Source: Basidiobolus meristosporus CBS 931.73 (Eukaryota; Fungi; Basidiobolomycota). Taken from it: a DNA stretch of 64,000 bases. The DNA is taken from positions 124,001 through 188,000 of the forward strand of contig MCFE01000060.1 in NCBI GenBank assembly GCA_002104905.1. Direction: 5' to 3'. The position numbers were made by a program, and so were the translations under genes. The notes beneath the pieces were generated by a model. It was not told the origin of the DNA. It made no database searches and saw only the letters and a program-made list of their open reading frames with translations. Of this stretch, positions 48,947-61,699 are shown piece after piece. The stretch's first letter is position 1; every line of letters begins with the position of its first letter.

Positions 48947-51284
48947 TAGCAAGTATATTGTTAGCTAATGCTAAAGCACTAATGCTGCAATTAGGTGCAG
49001 TGGCTTATAGAATAGTTACAATGGGCTAGAGAAATCAGGAAAGAGTCCAGAGACAGGATGACCTCATAATATGTGTAGAGCAATTGTTATCCCAGGTAGA
49101 GAATGCAGTATCTTTACTGCAAAGAAGGAGATTAAGTAACTCAATGTTGTAGACCACAATTGGGCCATTTCCCAATGTGACAGCAGAGTAACCCCTTACA
49201 GTCTCTGAAGTACAACAACAGTGCCCTGAATTAAGCTCACAGAAAAATGTATCACAGCCTGGGAGGGAGGGACTGTGATATTTATATCACATACTAAAAG
49301 TGACAAGACATGGAAGATCTGTGAAGCCTTTGAGTGCAGTGGTCAGGAGTGGGCTAATATTCAAGAGGCCATCAGAAGTCTAGTATGTCATCACCTTAAG
49401 GTCAGTACACCAGGGGACCACTAGGAACTCAAGGCAAAGCAGACTGCACTTGGTTGGCTCTTTGACCATCATCTTGGACTTAAACAAGCAAGCAGATTTG
49501 GGCCTGCATTGGTATGCTAAGAAAACTTCTCATGAATTTAAGAATCTATCAAGGGCAGAAAAACTAGGGAGTCACAGCTAAAAACCAGTGCCTTCCTCAT
49601 AATCTGTCACAAGCAGGGCTACAAGCTCTAAACAAGCAATTAAGAAGCATCAGGTGGCTGGTAGGGTAATGGTAAGGGAAAAGCAGGCAGCAACAGGTGC
49701 ATTGGTGCATAATTTATCAAGGAAAAGACTCGGTTCTATACAAAGAGCACCCAGTTAAAGTGGTAGTGAACCTGCAGTGATAAAAACCAGGGGCTTCCTC
49801 AGGATTCTGTCATCAGAAGGGCTGAAAGCTCACAACAGGCAGTTAAGAAATGTCAGGTAGCAGGAAGGGTGTTGATCAGGAACAGGCAGGTAGAAACAGA
49901 TGCACTGGTGCAGACATTGTCAAGTAGAAGATGTGGCTCAATACAAGAAGCACTCAGTCAAAGTACTAATGAAAGACAAGGCAGTGAGAGATGTACAGGC
50001 AAAGGGAAACAAGTCTACCCAAGTCAGAGACAGCAAAGCACAAGAAAAAAGCTGCTGCTATCACTAACTGACACTGTCAGCCCAGAACAGGCTGTATCCC
50101 ATGATAGACCCAAATAATACCTACAAGACAACGGCTGCTTTCTTATGAGTGAAAGCACAGCCAATTGAGCTACACTCCAGTGAGGAGGATGAACTTGCAG
50201 AGAAGACAACTAGTCTATCATGCCTCTGTATCCTTGATTGTGGAAGGAGTGGATATCCCACTGACAGATGAAGCAACAACATCAATAACTTGGATGACAT
50301 GATAATGCCTACACTAGAACTTAAGAACCACACTAGGCACATCAAATTGTTGCAGCACTTCTTCAAGAGCAGTGCTCAAGAAAACACACTTGTATATATT
50401 GTAAAGATTTGCAATTCCAGTCAGGTATTCACCTAGCTTAGTCACTTAGATCATTACCTTCAAATCCTAGAGAATACTGACCAAAATTCTTGTTGGGATT
50501 TACCAAGAATGTTATCACCAAAATATCAGGTACCCAGAACATGAGAAGTGTCAAAGTTTTCAAACAGCCCCAGACTTTGCACACATGCTCTTAGGACCTT
50601 CTTTAACCTATTCTATGTGCTTTTTATGCCAAGAACATGTAAAAGTATAGATACTACTTCCACATTCAGTAGGTGATTAAGTGAAAACCATAAAATCTAC
50701 TTGTTCTATCATTCACTTCAATTATCTCCAAGACTCTTACAACAGAATATTACAAGGACTTACTGCAGTGACTGGCTGATGAGTTGCTAGACCTGGCAGT
50801 GTGGCTGAATACCAGGATATATGGGAACCAGTGAATGAACAGTGACATAAAGCCATAGGGTTTTTGCTAAAGTTATGGAAACTGGGTGTTACAGCACAGA
50901 TACTTATTGAGTGGTGATTTTAATGGAGTTACTTATTGAGTGTGGGGTTGGGCTTAGTGTTAGTGTAAGGCATAAGGACTTGTATAGGTAGGTACAGTTG
51001 AAAATTAATTCACATCTGAGGATTGAAAGAAAAATAACTAAAATGTATTCATCAAAAGAAATAGCATTGGGATCAGAGAGTGCAAGAATTTATATAGAAC
51101 CAATCAAAAGCCACTTTTGTGTTATTGTAAAGACAAACTCTGACCAAGTTTTTTGTGATGTTGGAGGTGCAATTTTTTCTACAATCTTTGCATGGTGTCC
51201 TCAAGACATTGATACCTCCTAGTTCTGGCATTCAAATCTTGTGATGGCCTTTTGACAGGATCATTGCAATTATTTTCCATAGGG
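48947..51284 (+). mobile_element. CACTA copy D4: ORF2 half plus terminal region and TIR
   Basis: Collinear with D5 54995-57722. Ends TTTTCCATAGGG. Confidence 0.8.
50397..50744 (+). mobile_element. Solo LTR of Copia family F inserted in D4
   Basis: Homologous to the LTR at 59564. Degenerate 5-bp TSD GTATA/GAATA; D sequence rejoins when it is removed. Confidence 0.7.
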
Positions 51285-51699
51285 GGCTATATATCCTAAA
51301 GATAGGAGCTATGGCACAATACCTTGCAATTCTACTTCATCAGAGGCATGTTATGATTATTATTTAACCCTATGAAAAATGATTTGGTCCTGTGTGTGGA
51401 TCTAATCCAGATCAGCCATCAGGATCCTGTTTAGAGACCATCATAATACCAGCAGCTTGGAATTAGTGACCCTCTTAACAATCTTATGATGGGATCACAA
51501 CTGTGTTTTGCAAATTTTACAACCAAATAAAGGGATAAAACTTCACCAGATTTTATTGGTGCTGTGACAATAATTGCATGTTGTTGTTGCGGTCTTTTAG
51601 CACTCTACAACTATTTTCAGTGGATTCAACTGGCCAGGACATCCAATTGCCTTATGTGGAAAGAAACTTGACAGTATTTTGATGGCCTTACAGCAAGAC

Positions 51700-54452
51700 T
51701 CTGATGGCTTTACATTGGCAATGTGATGGTGCACAGCTGGTTCTGCATAATGCTACTGTACCAATTTACCAAATGGTATTTCCTTTTTCTACCTCCCCTT
51801 GCGCAATCCATATATTCCACTGTAGAATCACCCTTCTTAATTTGCTTACCTACTACTACTTTGGGTATTCTACCTATAGTTCAAATCAAAAAATTCTATG
51901 GCCTCTTGCTTACTAACCTCTACAAATGTGCACACCTGCCACAATTGACATACTTCTATCACCTCAACTTTACAGCTTTTTAGTGTGATACTTGCAAAGT
52001 TGCCATATACCTTGTACTGCTGGTAACATATACATCTTACAAACATATGCTTGGTTGTTGCCACTTCTGCCATAAATACCTCCTGAATATCCACAATGAA
52101 CCTCTTGGAATATAGCCAATATATTCCTTCTCCCTGCTATATTCTAGTCCCCCTTGTAGGTGTGCTCTGGCTTTTGTTTGTGTGAGTTGCATATTGAATG
52201 GTGTAGAAGTTGGCTTGTGAGCATGAGAAGTCTGGCATACCTTGGTAGAGTTTTCCTCATAATAATCAGTTTTGTGTTGCACCCAACCCAACTTTGCATT
52301 ACTTAACTGATTACCCACACATTGGGGCTGCATAGTTTCTTAATGCCATAGGCATAGGTGTCTCCATGCGCACAATTGTCCTCAGTATTTTCAAACTCTT
52401 CCTGGCTGTCCTGCATGTGCCAACTCATCACATCCATGACAGACTTGAAGGTAATATTCTTGATGAGATTGGGATATGGTAGTACCTGCAACTTAACTTG
52501 TCTTCCTATCTCCCCACACATCTGCTCCACAGGAAACTCCCAAAAGGTGAAGCAAGGCCCAATATTCTCCACACACCATGCAAGATGGAGTAGAGAATGG
52601 ATACAGTAGCAGCAGAGATCTACATGTTCAGCTTTATGTTTGTAGTATTGCCGCTCAAATCCTGTCACAAACTCCTTGCACAACAGCCATAGATGCATCA
52701 AGTTAGCATTGGTGATCTGCTTCTGAATAAATATTCCTACATTGCCCACATATGAACCCCAATGCTTCCAATGTACTCTTGGTAGGAATGGCTTCAGAAT
52801 GCCACCTGAATAAAAACATATCTAGTTCATCCAGTCTGTGCATTTGTACTGTTGCATAAGCATATGAGTATTAATTGGAGCCCATGAGAAGTACCAGGGT
52901 AGTGGATAATCTGTAATATCTTGCCAATTCTTGCAAATTTCTCCAGTATCTCAGAGGGCTCATTTAGCTTGAAATTCCCCTTGTACAACTTGGTCATCAG
53001 TATAGGGATATTGTTGAAAAGCAAATGCATTGCTCTCAGTGGAAAGCTTTTGCTCCAACTGATACCCTCTATCTTAAGTATCTCCAGTTTCCAAATGATC
53101 CCATATTCTGGCTAATAGCTTATAGCTTGCCAACTTTGCTGCAATTGCATGCTGACTTCTGTACATTCTCTCTGTGATAGATGATGTTCTCAGTGTTGGT
53201 GTTTGGGTAATATTAATGTGTGTGAGTTATGGAGTAAATCCCCTGGTTCTCACAATATGCACTTTTACATGCCAGACATTTACTGTTATTCCACTGGAAA
53301 GCATACAAAATTTATCCAGCAATGGATACAGGAAGCTATACAGGTTGGGCAGCAATTTAGGCCCATATACCAGTGAGACTACCATCAGATTATTGCTTTG
53401 ATAGCATAAGATGAACAGCAGACTCAGATTGATGGGAATCAGTGGCCAGCAGGATTTGCTGGTAGAGTACTTGTATAATGAGAATCCATCAAGTGCTGAG
53501 GCAAAAGCATGGTCATACATACCTTCAAAGTAGCCCTTGCTTCTTAGCTGTTTGTAATGTTTGCCATCAAATACAATGGATATGTTTGCGCTTGATTGAT
53601 ACTGAGTGCAGTGCTATATAGCTTTGAAATATTTGTTGGACTGCATCAGCTTCCTCAGACAGCGTATGAACAGAATATATATGGAGTGTGAACAATGTTT
53701 TACCTCAATAGTGGTGAATTCCTGACAATCTGGACGGGTTGCACTGGTAGCATTTCTGGTTGTGAATGCCATGCAACTGCTAACATGTGCTGGAATCAGG
53801 ACAGTCTCTGGATCATATGTTGCTAGCCACATCATGGTTGTCCACTTGTACCATGTACATGGTAAGTTGCATCCTGGTATGATTTTGGCAAGAAGTAGTA
53901 ATAAATCCACAAAGCCCCCATTACTGATATTAGTGGATATGTTCCACTTCTCTAGCCACAACATACATCATTCACCAGTAGATGGATTATGGGGCTCACT
54001 TGGCTCCATATAGTGTTGCTGGCATTTGTTTCAACATGTGTTGTCTCATTGCATAAAGGGATTTGACCAGGCCCATGTGTGGTACTGTTGTAAGGGGAGA
54101 TAGGCTCAAAATCCATCAGTGAACCTTCTTTGTCAGCGCTATCACTCTGTATGCCATATTTAGAAGGCTGATGTGAGCCTAAAGGTATCACAGACTCACC
54201 TGACTCAGTTTGTGTAAGGTGACAAAGATGGCCAGGTCCCAATATAGAAGTATCAACTGACCAGCAAGATAATGTTGGTACGGTATTGACCAATGAATGG
54301 TCAAATATGACTTGGGTGGCAAAACGCTGGCTATGATCCTTGTAATACTTCCTATGCTGTCTGCTTGCTTCATGGCTGCCAGACTTGCCACAATAGCCAC
54401 ATAGTTTCTTTTCTCTTCTCTTACAGCATTGAGTCAAAGTAGTCTTGTCCAT
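51700..54452 (-). pseudogene. D5 CACTA-type transposase (fragmented)
   Basis: N-terminal CGYCGK..SH.A.RQHRK, then LDGFSLYK.STSKSCWPLIPINL..GPK..PNL.S.L.PLLD.F, then HSLLHLA.CVENIGPCFTFWEFP.EQMCG. The 3' end is approximate. Confidence 0.85.
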
Positions 54453-54599
54453 GGGGCAAACAGTTTGACCTTCAACAATGTAACTCTTTTATATCACTTT
54501 TTGGTCAATAGTCATGTGAGCTTAAGACAGTCTTGTATTTGAGACATTGCACCTACATGTATGTAAGTTTCAATGCTGACCCACCATAGTAAGCATTAT

Positions 54600-57200
54600 A
54601 AGTAAAGTAGTGGCACCACATACACATGTATATGTAGCACTATTTCCCCTTTGGTTTGACTCACTTCCATATATATGCTGCAAAAAAATAAAGCAAAGTT
54701 GTCTGGTTCCCAACCAAACCCCACCACCAATGGCAACAGAAGAATGGTTGAACAATAGCTTGCTTTGACATTCAGTACAACAAGCAGGGTTTCATCCAAA
54801 AAAGGCCCTGTGGACAGTGTGCCCATTGAAGGTAATAATGCAGACTCCTTGGGCTCTCAGTCAAGTAGGCAATTGAGAACCTCTGTGGAGCCACAAGCTG
54901 ACCATTATGCTCAGGCAGATGAGAATGTAGCAACTGCAGTACCCTCAGTTGAAGACCAGCAAGTGGCTGTCATAACATCACCACCACCCATATCAGCAAG
55001 TATGTTGTCAGCTCATACCAATGCATTAGTGAAGTAATTAGGTGCAGTGGCTAATAGCATAGATGCAATGGCCCAGAGAAATTAGGAAATTGTCCAGAAA
55101 CAGGATGAGTGGATAATATGTGTAGAGCCATCAATATTGCTGGTAGAGAAAGCAGTATTTTTGCTGCAAAGAAGAAATGCAAGTAGCTCAATGTCACAGC
55201 AAATAATTGAGCTATTTCCCAGTGTAACAGCAGAGGAACACTGTACAGTCTTTGAAGCACAACAGTGCCTAAAGATATAGCCCACAGAAAAACCTATCAC
55301 AGTGTGGGAGGGAGACAATGTGGAGATTATATTAAAGCCTAAAAATCAAAAGACCTTGAAGATCTGTGAAGCTGTTGTATTGGTGTCACAGTAACACCCA
55401 CTGACAGATGTGCTCATTCCCACATTTTCTACATCCCTGTTTCTCTACTACACTTATTTTAGTTTTATCACATTTGTGTTACTTGATCAGTACTATCCCA
55501 TAAGCTGGCTGACTATCACACCTGCTTACCTTATTGCATAAGTTATCCCTCACTTTATGTAAGATTACTATCTATAAGTGGTTCAATATTAGGCAACTAC
55601 CTTCACCAGTACCTGTGAAACATGATCAAACCGTGTCACCATCCCTACCATTTCTATACCATATATGGTGTCCCTATGTTACACAGGTTTCAAAGTAATG
55701 ATTCAAGATTGGTTAGATGTGCTATGTCCCTTAAAACCTTCTTTTACCTGCTGGTGGAGCTTACAGTTGTTTTGACTTTGGAAGCTTTAGTACATTGTCT
55801 TCTCAAAGGATGCTAAGCCCAGCACATACTTCTGTTAAGACACCCACTAAGTTAGGGATTGTGGCTCAGTAGTTTTTGCTTGACAAGCTTGTGGCTTTAT
55901 TCTCCATCACATTAGATTAGAGACAGAGCCCAAGTATTCCTAGCCAGCTTTTGCCAGAGGTTATTGCACCCAGTGAACATCCAACACACAAAACACTTGA
56001 GAAGTGTTGGATGTATCTCTCCCTTGGACTTATACACCACCACACTATTGAGTGCAATAATGAAGAGTGGGCTAATATTCAAGAGGCTGTCAGAAGTCTA
56101 GCACACCATCACCTTAAGGCCGGCATACCATGGGACCATCAGGAACTCAAGGCCAAGCAGAATGCACTTGACTTGTTCCATGAGCATTATTCTGGATTTA
56201 AACAGGCAAACAGAGTTTTGGCCAGCATTGGTATGCTAAGAAAGTATTTTTAAGAATAGCAGAAACTATTAAAGGCAGAACAAGAATGCCATGGCTAACA
56301 GCCAGCAGCTTCCTCAAGAGCCCATTACAAGCAGGGCTGAAAGCTCCAGACAAGCATCAAAGAGACGTCAGGTAGTGGGAAGAGTGCCAGTTAGGGACAA
56401 GCAGGCAGACACAGATGCACCAGCACAACATTTATCAAGGAAAAAGCGTAATACCACTCATGAAGCACCCAGTCAAAGTAGCAGTGAAGGACATAGCAGT
56501 GATAAAAGCCAGCTGCTTTTACAGGAGCCTATCACAACTATGGTTGAGAGCTCAAAACAAGTGGAAAAGTAACATCAGGTTGTCAGAAAAGTGCCAGCAA
56601 GGGGCAAGCAGGCCAAAATAGATGCATCAGAGCAGAATTTATCCAGGAGAAAGTGTAGTTCTTTACAAGAAGCACCCAGACAAAGTAGCAGTGAAAGACC
56701 TGGCAGTGATAAAGGAAAAGGTAAAGGGAAGAATGTCTACCCAAGCCTGAGACAGGGAGGCATGCAAAAAAACTGCAGCACTCACCAATTAATGGTGCCA
56801 GCCTAGAGCAGACTGAATCCAATTATAGCCAAGAAAATTACCAACAAGAAAACAGCTATTTTCACAAGAGTTGGAAGCGCAGCCAGTTGAGCTACACTTC
56901 AGTTAGGTAGATGAGTTTCCTGAAAAAGGCAGTTTGTCTACCACAGCCTCCACATCCTCTATTGTTGACACAGTGGAGATCCCACTGACAGACAAGGCTA
57001 CAATTTCAAGAGCTTGAAAGACTATCACAATGCCTTAAGTGGAATTTTGGGACATTAATAGGCACACCAAGAGGTTGCAGTACTTCTTCAAGAGCAGTGC
57101 TCAAGAAAACGCACTGGAATATTGCAAGGATTTGTTGCAAAGACTGGCAGATGAGGTGCTAGACCTTGCAGTGCTAGCTGAGCCAGGATGTGTGGGAACC
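54600..57200 (+). pseudogene. D5 second gene (ORF2): Ser/Thr-rich N-terminus, coiled-coil-like segment, conserved helical domain, 2 x 69-aa repeat
   Basis: ORFs 54765-55037, 55951-56253, 56291-56572 and 56591-56806. Homologous frames exist in D3 (minus) and D4 (plus); many stops align with CAA/CAG codons in other copies. Boundaries are approximate. Confidence 0.65.
55373..56044 (+). mobile_element. Probable solo LTR (672 bp) of a further Gypsy family inserted in D5 ORF2
   Basis: Absent from D3 and D4 at the homologous site. Termini TGTTGTATTGG...TATACACCACCACA resemble LTR-A termini. No clear TSD. Confidence 0.55.
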
Positions 57201-60082
57201 AGTGAATGATTAGTGGCACAAAGCTGTTGGGTTGCCACCAAAGTTGTGGAACCAGAGCATTACAGCAGCAATACTTATTGAGTGGTGGATTTTAATGGAG
57301 TTACTTGTTGAGTGTGGGGTTGGGCTCAATGCTAGTGTAGGGTATTGGGACTTGTATAGGTCAATACAATTGGCAATTGAGGTACAACTGAAGTTTCAAC
57401 AGAAATAAATCAATTTGTACAGATGAAAAGTAAGAGAGATGGTTGAGTCAGGAAGTAAGGAGTGTGAAAAAGAGGCAATGGGCAATCAATGAATACAAAC
57501 ATAGGAGGCAATAGAGTGTCTGGGATCAGAAAGTGCGCAAATTGGCAGGGATCCACTTATATATTGTTGTGATGAAAAAATTTGACTAAGTTTTTTGTGA
57601 AATCTGGGGTGCAATTATTTTTCAACAGTCTCTGGACAGTGTCCTGATGAGATCAGTACCTCTTAGTCATGGGACTTTGTAATGGCCTTTTGATGGCATC
57701 ATCTCAATAATATCTCATAGGGCATGTGCAGAGCACCTCATAATATTTGGTTGTTTAGCATATGTAAAAATACTGTCTGGAATTTGATCAATGCTTGAGC
57801 CAAAAATTGCAAATACATATTATTGAGCTACTGCAGTGAGAGTAAGGCAAAAGGATGCTTCAATATGAAGGCAAAGAAGCCATTGATGTCCAAGGATGTG
57901 CTGTTTGATCAAAGTGTGAAATGTTTTCAAGGTAGGACTTCAGACAAAGGCAAAAATACCATTTCCAGTCCATCAATAGTCAGGATTGAATCAGAGCAAA
58001 ACAATGCTGTTTATTGCACTCCAGACAGTTCTGCAACTATGAATTAGCCTTGATTGGTATGCAAGAATATCTCTCTGGTGACCACTCCAATATTACAAAG
58101 CATATGATCCAACCAGATCAGAAATGGTCCAAATTACTGTTCAATCAGCAGACAATCTGAGCTTATGCCTGCTCAGTTGGTACAGATGGACCCCAAACAG
58201 ATAGAATACTCTTGAGCCAAAATACCAGTCAACACTAAAACCTTTGTACTGGTAGTCAAGCATGATTCCACCTAATTGTTATTGGCTATAGATACCAAAT
58301 ACAGGTTCTCAATCATCCGCTGAATGTAAAAACTGCTTCATTGAATGAGGAACTTGATAAGGATGTGTACATACACCAGCCTTATGGGATTACTGACCAG
58401 GATCATACTTATCTGGTGTGCAAGCTTAAAAAAACTTTATAATGTGTTAAACAATCACTAAGAGCCTGGAATTGCAAAATGGATTTTTTTTGGAATCTAT
58501 GAGTTTCTAAAGAAGTACCACTGACTAAGGTATCTACTATAAGTCAGATAGAGCAAATCCAGCTCTTTTGGCTCAATATGTGGATGATCTCACTATAGCC
58601 TCTATTAACCAAGAAGCATTGGCAGACACTAGAATCAGTCTATTGAAGATGTTTAAAATGTCCAACTGGGAGTGCTCAGTTACTACTTAAGGATATGTTC
58701 CTCCATAGACAGAAACGCCCAGATCTTTACCTCAAGCCAGTCTAAGTATATTCAAGGTAAACTCAGAAATCCCCAAGTGGAACACTTTCAACCAGCAGCT
58801 AGGTACTATGGAGACAAACATCCTGTTAATCAAATGCAACCAAATAAAGAGAACTTGGTGTCATTTTGAGGACCAGGCTCCCTTACCAACATATGGCTGG
58901 CAGCTTGATGTATACTTCACTAGGAAAACATCCAGATATCTCATATTCAGTGGGAGTTGTCAGCTAATCTTACCAGAACAATGGATTTGATCATATTGCA
59001 GTAGTTGAGCATATTTTTAGATACCTGAAAGGTACTGCTGACATCTGCTCAAGGTTCACATTTAAGGGCTCAGAGCAGGATCTATTGGGAAGCTCTGATG
59101 CTGATTTGGATCAAAATTTTGAAGACAAAAGACCTGCCACAAGATACACATCTTTATACTGCAAAGGAGCAATCTTATGGAAGTCAAGAAAGCAACCAAC
59201 TATAGCACTTTCCATCATATTAGCAGAGTATATGGCAGTCTATGAGGGTACAAAAGTAGCAATAAGGCCAGTAAAACTGCTTAAAGACTTAGGCTTATAT
59301 CACAAAGCCCCTACCACTTTGTTTCAAGATAATCATGGATGCATAAAATAGGTAGAAATCAAACTTTCCATGGTTAAGCTGAGCACATAGATATTAGACA
59401 TCATACATGTGTAAAGCTATAGAGAATAGACTTGTTGGTTTAGCTCACTGTCCTACAGATGAGATGATTGCAAACATACTCACCAAGCCATTGACTGGTG
59501 GCATGTTTGCATGTCCAGATCACAATTAGGACTTGTTAGCACTGGCAATTAGTTAAGTGGGAGTGTTGTTAAAACTTGTAGGTGCTCCTGAGTGTTCACC
59601 TGACTTAGTCATTTATACCTTTACCTACAAATCTGCAAGGGTTCTGACCAAATTCCTTGTTGGAATTCACTTGGAATATCTTGCTAAAACATCAGGTAAC
59701 CACAACATGAGATCACTCAAAGTTGCCTAAGCAGCCCTAAACTTTGCTTACATGTGATTGGGACCTTTGCAAGCCTGTTCTCCACATTTGCTTTGCCAAG
59801 ATCATGCCAAAGTATAAATACCACATTTACAACTCTTGTATCATTAAGTGAAACCCACATAAGTTATTTGTACTCCTGGTCACCTCATGTACCTCCAAAG
59901 CACTTGAAACAGTATTTCTTTATCATTGCACCTGAGTATTGCCCAAACATACCCATTTGAATTGCCACCTACAATCCTTAGAGAACTCTAACCAAATCCC
60001 TTAACATTGTATAAAGAGCTTGCATCAAGATAAGCAGCCCCAGACTTTGTCCACATGTTATTTTGCCATGATCATGCTTGGA

Positions 60083-60262
60083 AATTCTGGGGCTGTTGGG
60101 ACAGCTTAGAGACCTTTGATTTTTTAGGTACCTGATATCTTGGTGAAGAAATTCCAAGCAAATCCCTACAAGCCATCTGGTAAGGCATCTCTGTAACTTA
60201 TAGTCAATGATCTGGGTGACCAAGTTAGGTGTATATTTTGGTGTAATTACAAATCTAACAAT
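60083..60262 (-). repeat. Inverted partial family F LTR
   Basis: Reverse complement of the first half of 50397-50744 and 59564-59750. Confidence 0.65.
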
Positions 60263-60269
60263 AGAGTCC

Positions 60270-60600
60270 ATGTTGTTGTCATGTTCTTCTCACTATCAAT
60301 GTCTCCAACACTCAAGCACAACAACACTCATCCAGCAATGGACACAAATTGCAATCCAGACTGGATGGCATTTCAGGCCTCAACATTACAGAGGCTACCA
60401 TCAAATATCTGCCAAGAGACAAGATGATTGGCAGTACATGCAGGATGTAGAAAATCAGTGGCCAGCAGGATTTGCTGAGAGAGCCCTTGTTTGATGAAAT
60501 TCTAACCAGCACCAAGGCAAGGTAATTGTCACAAATACCTTCAGACAAGCACTTGCATTTTGGGTGTATGCTATAGAGTTAGTTCATTGGACTGTGCCCA
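60270..60600 (-). pseudogene. Fragment of a D-related CACTA transposase
   Basis: ORF 60312-60548 has SKSCWPLI...LM.AS...PE.PSSLD..L.PLLDE; DNA is similar to 53330-53540. Confidence 0.65.
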
Positions 60601-61699
60601 GGAGTATTGCACAATCATTGATTGCAAAGATTGAATGAGTGCCATACCATCCCCTCCAGTAGTCAAGACTGCTCTTGCACAATTTTGCACTATATGGTAT
60701 GCTCTTAAACATTATAACACTTTATGAGACAATGATGCTGGTTTGGACAAATGCACAACCTACAATACTTCTATCATGTGGGCAGTTGAGTCCTATTTGT
60801 ATGGTAGGTAAATCCTGTATTTGGAGTTGTTTCATTAGTTAGAGAGGTGGTTAATATGTACCACACCATAGGCTTTATTGTAGCTTACCATTTCTGCTAC
60901 CATCATCTTGATTGGATGGAGTGTCATTGTTTGATGGGTACTGAGGTGTCCTGATGCTGTCAGCATCCAACTGGTCCAACATCTCAGATAGTGGCCACCT
61001 GGTTTGTTAGCAGGTGTCTGAGCTAGTTGACTGGAGGAGGTGTCATAGCAAGCATGCAGCTAATCAGGCAAAAGCAAATGAAATCATGGAATTGCACTGG
61101 TGTGAACATAAAGTGTGTATATGTAGGATGCTTATCCATAGGGGGATTGTCTCAGGTCTGTGACCAACTGGATATCACTTATACTAAGATATAAAATAAT
61201 TAGTAGATTGCAACACACCCAAAGCAATCAAATCATTGCTCCCTTGTACACTTCTCCCAAAGGAATTATTACTCAAGTGTTTGGTGGTGACACACATTGC
61301 ACATCTATACCACTTGCTTGTTGCTATCATCCTAACCATGTGTGTACTGGTAGTCAGTGTTTTTCATCCTAGTTGCCAAGTTCAGTGCTCTAGATTGGTT
61401 GCACTGAGTTGTGTTGTAAGAGTTTTGGAGCTATTAAAGGTGATGGGGAAAATAAGTAGATCGTGTGGCTTTCACTTAATAATTCAATGAATGCAAAAAC
61501 AATATTGATGCTTTCGCATGGTCTTGACAATACAGGCATCTAGATTATGCTTAGGATGGTCTCAAGTGCATGGGTGAAAGGTTTTGAGCTGCTAGGACAA
61601 CCTCTCAATTATATAACCAGCAAGAGAGTTGCAAAACAGCCATTGGATTGGGTTGGCTGTTGGGCAGGTTCCAATTTCATTTGTCCTCAGGATTCTTCC

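Larger units (their letters stand above)
51368..57722 (-). mobile_element. Most complete CACTA/CMC element D5 (about 5.7 kb without its insertion)
   Basis: TIRs CCCTATGAAAAATGATT (51368) and ATAATATCTCATAGGG (57722). Transposase on minus strand, ORF2 on plus strand. Confidence 0.88.
51285..60006 (+). mobile_element. Decayed Copia family F element (IN 51285-51367 and 57723 onward, RT-RH, 3' LTR about 59564-60006), split by D5
   Basis: AIY.K.RS....ST..EA on the left of D5 and EHLIIFGCLAYV on its right are consecutive integrase motifs. ORF 59085-59351 has SDAD...TRY...WKSRKQPTIALS..AEY. PPT aagtgggag then TGTTG. Confidence 0.75.

Noticed and set aside
55035-55063. 29-nt GT..CTAAT..AG micro-intron in CACTA ORF2
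   Set aside because: Copy D4 has CAA where D3 and D5 have TAA, and the unspliced frame reads as a continuous coiled-coil-like segment, so the stop is a mutation.
1403-60548. Numerous 60-110-aa ORFs in the track as independent genes
   Set aside because: They are antisense or off-frame shadows, or fragments of TE coding regions and LTRs.
61130-61146. CCATAGGGGG as another CACTA terminus
   Set aside because: The adjacent sequence does not match the subterminal region shared by D1, D4 and D5.
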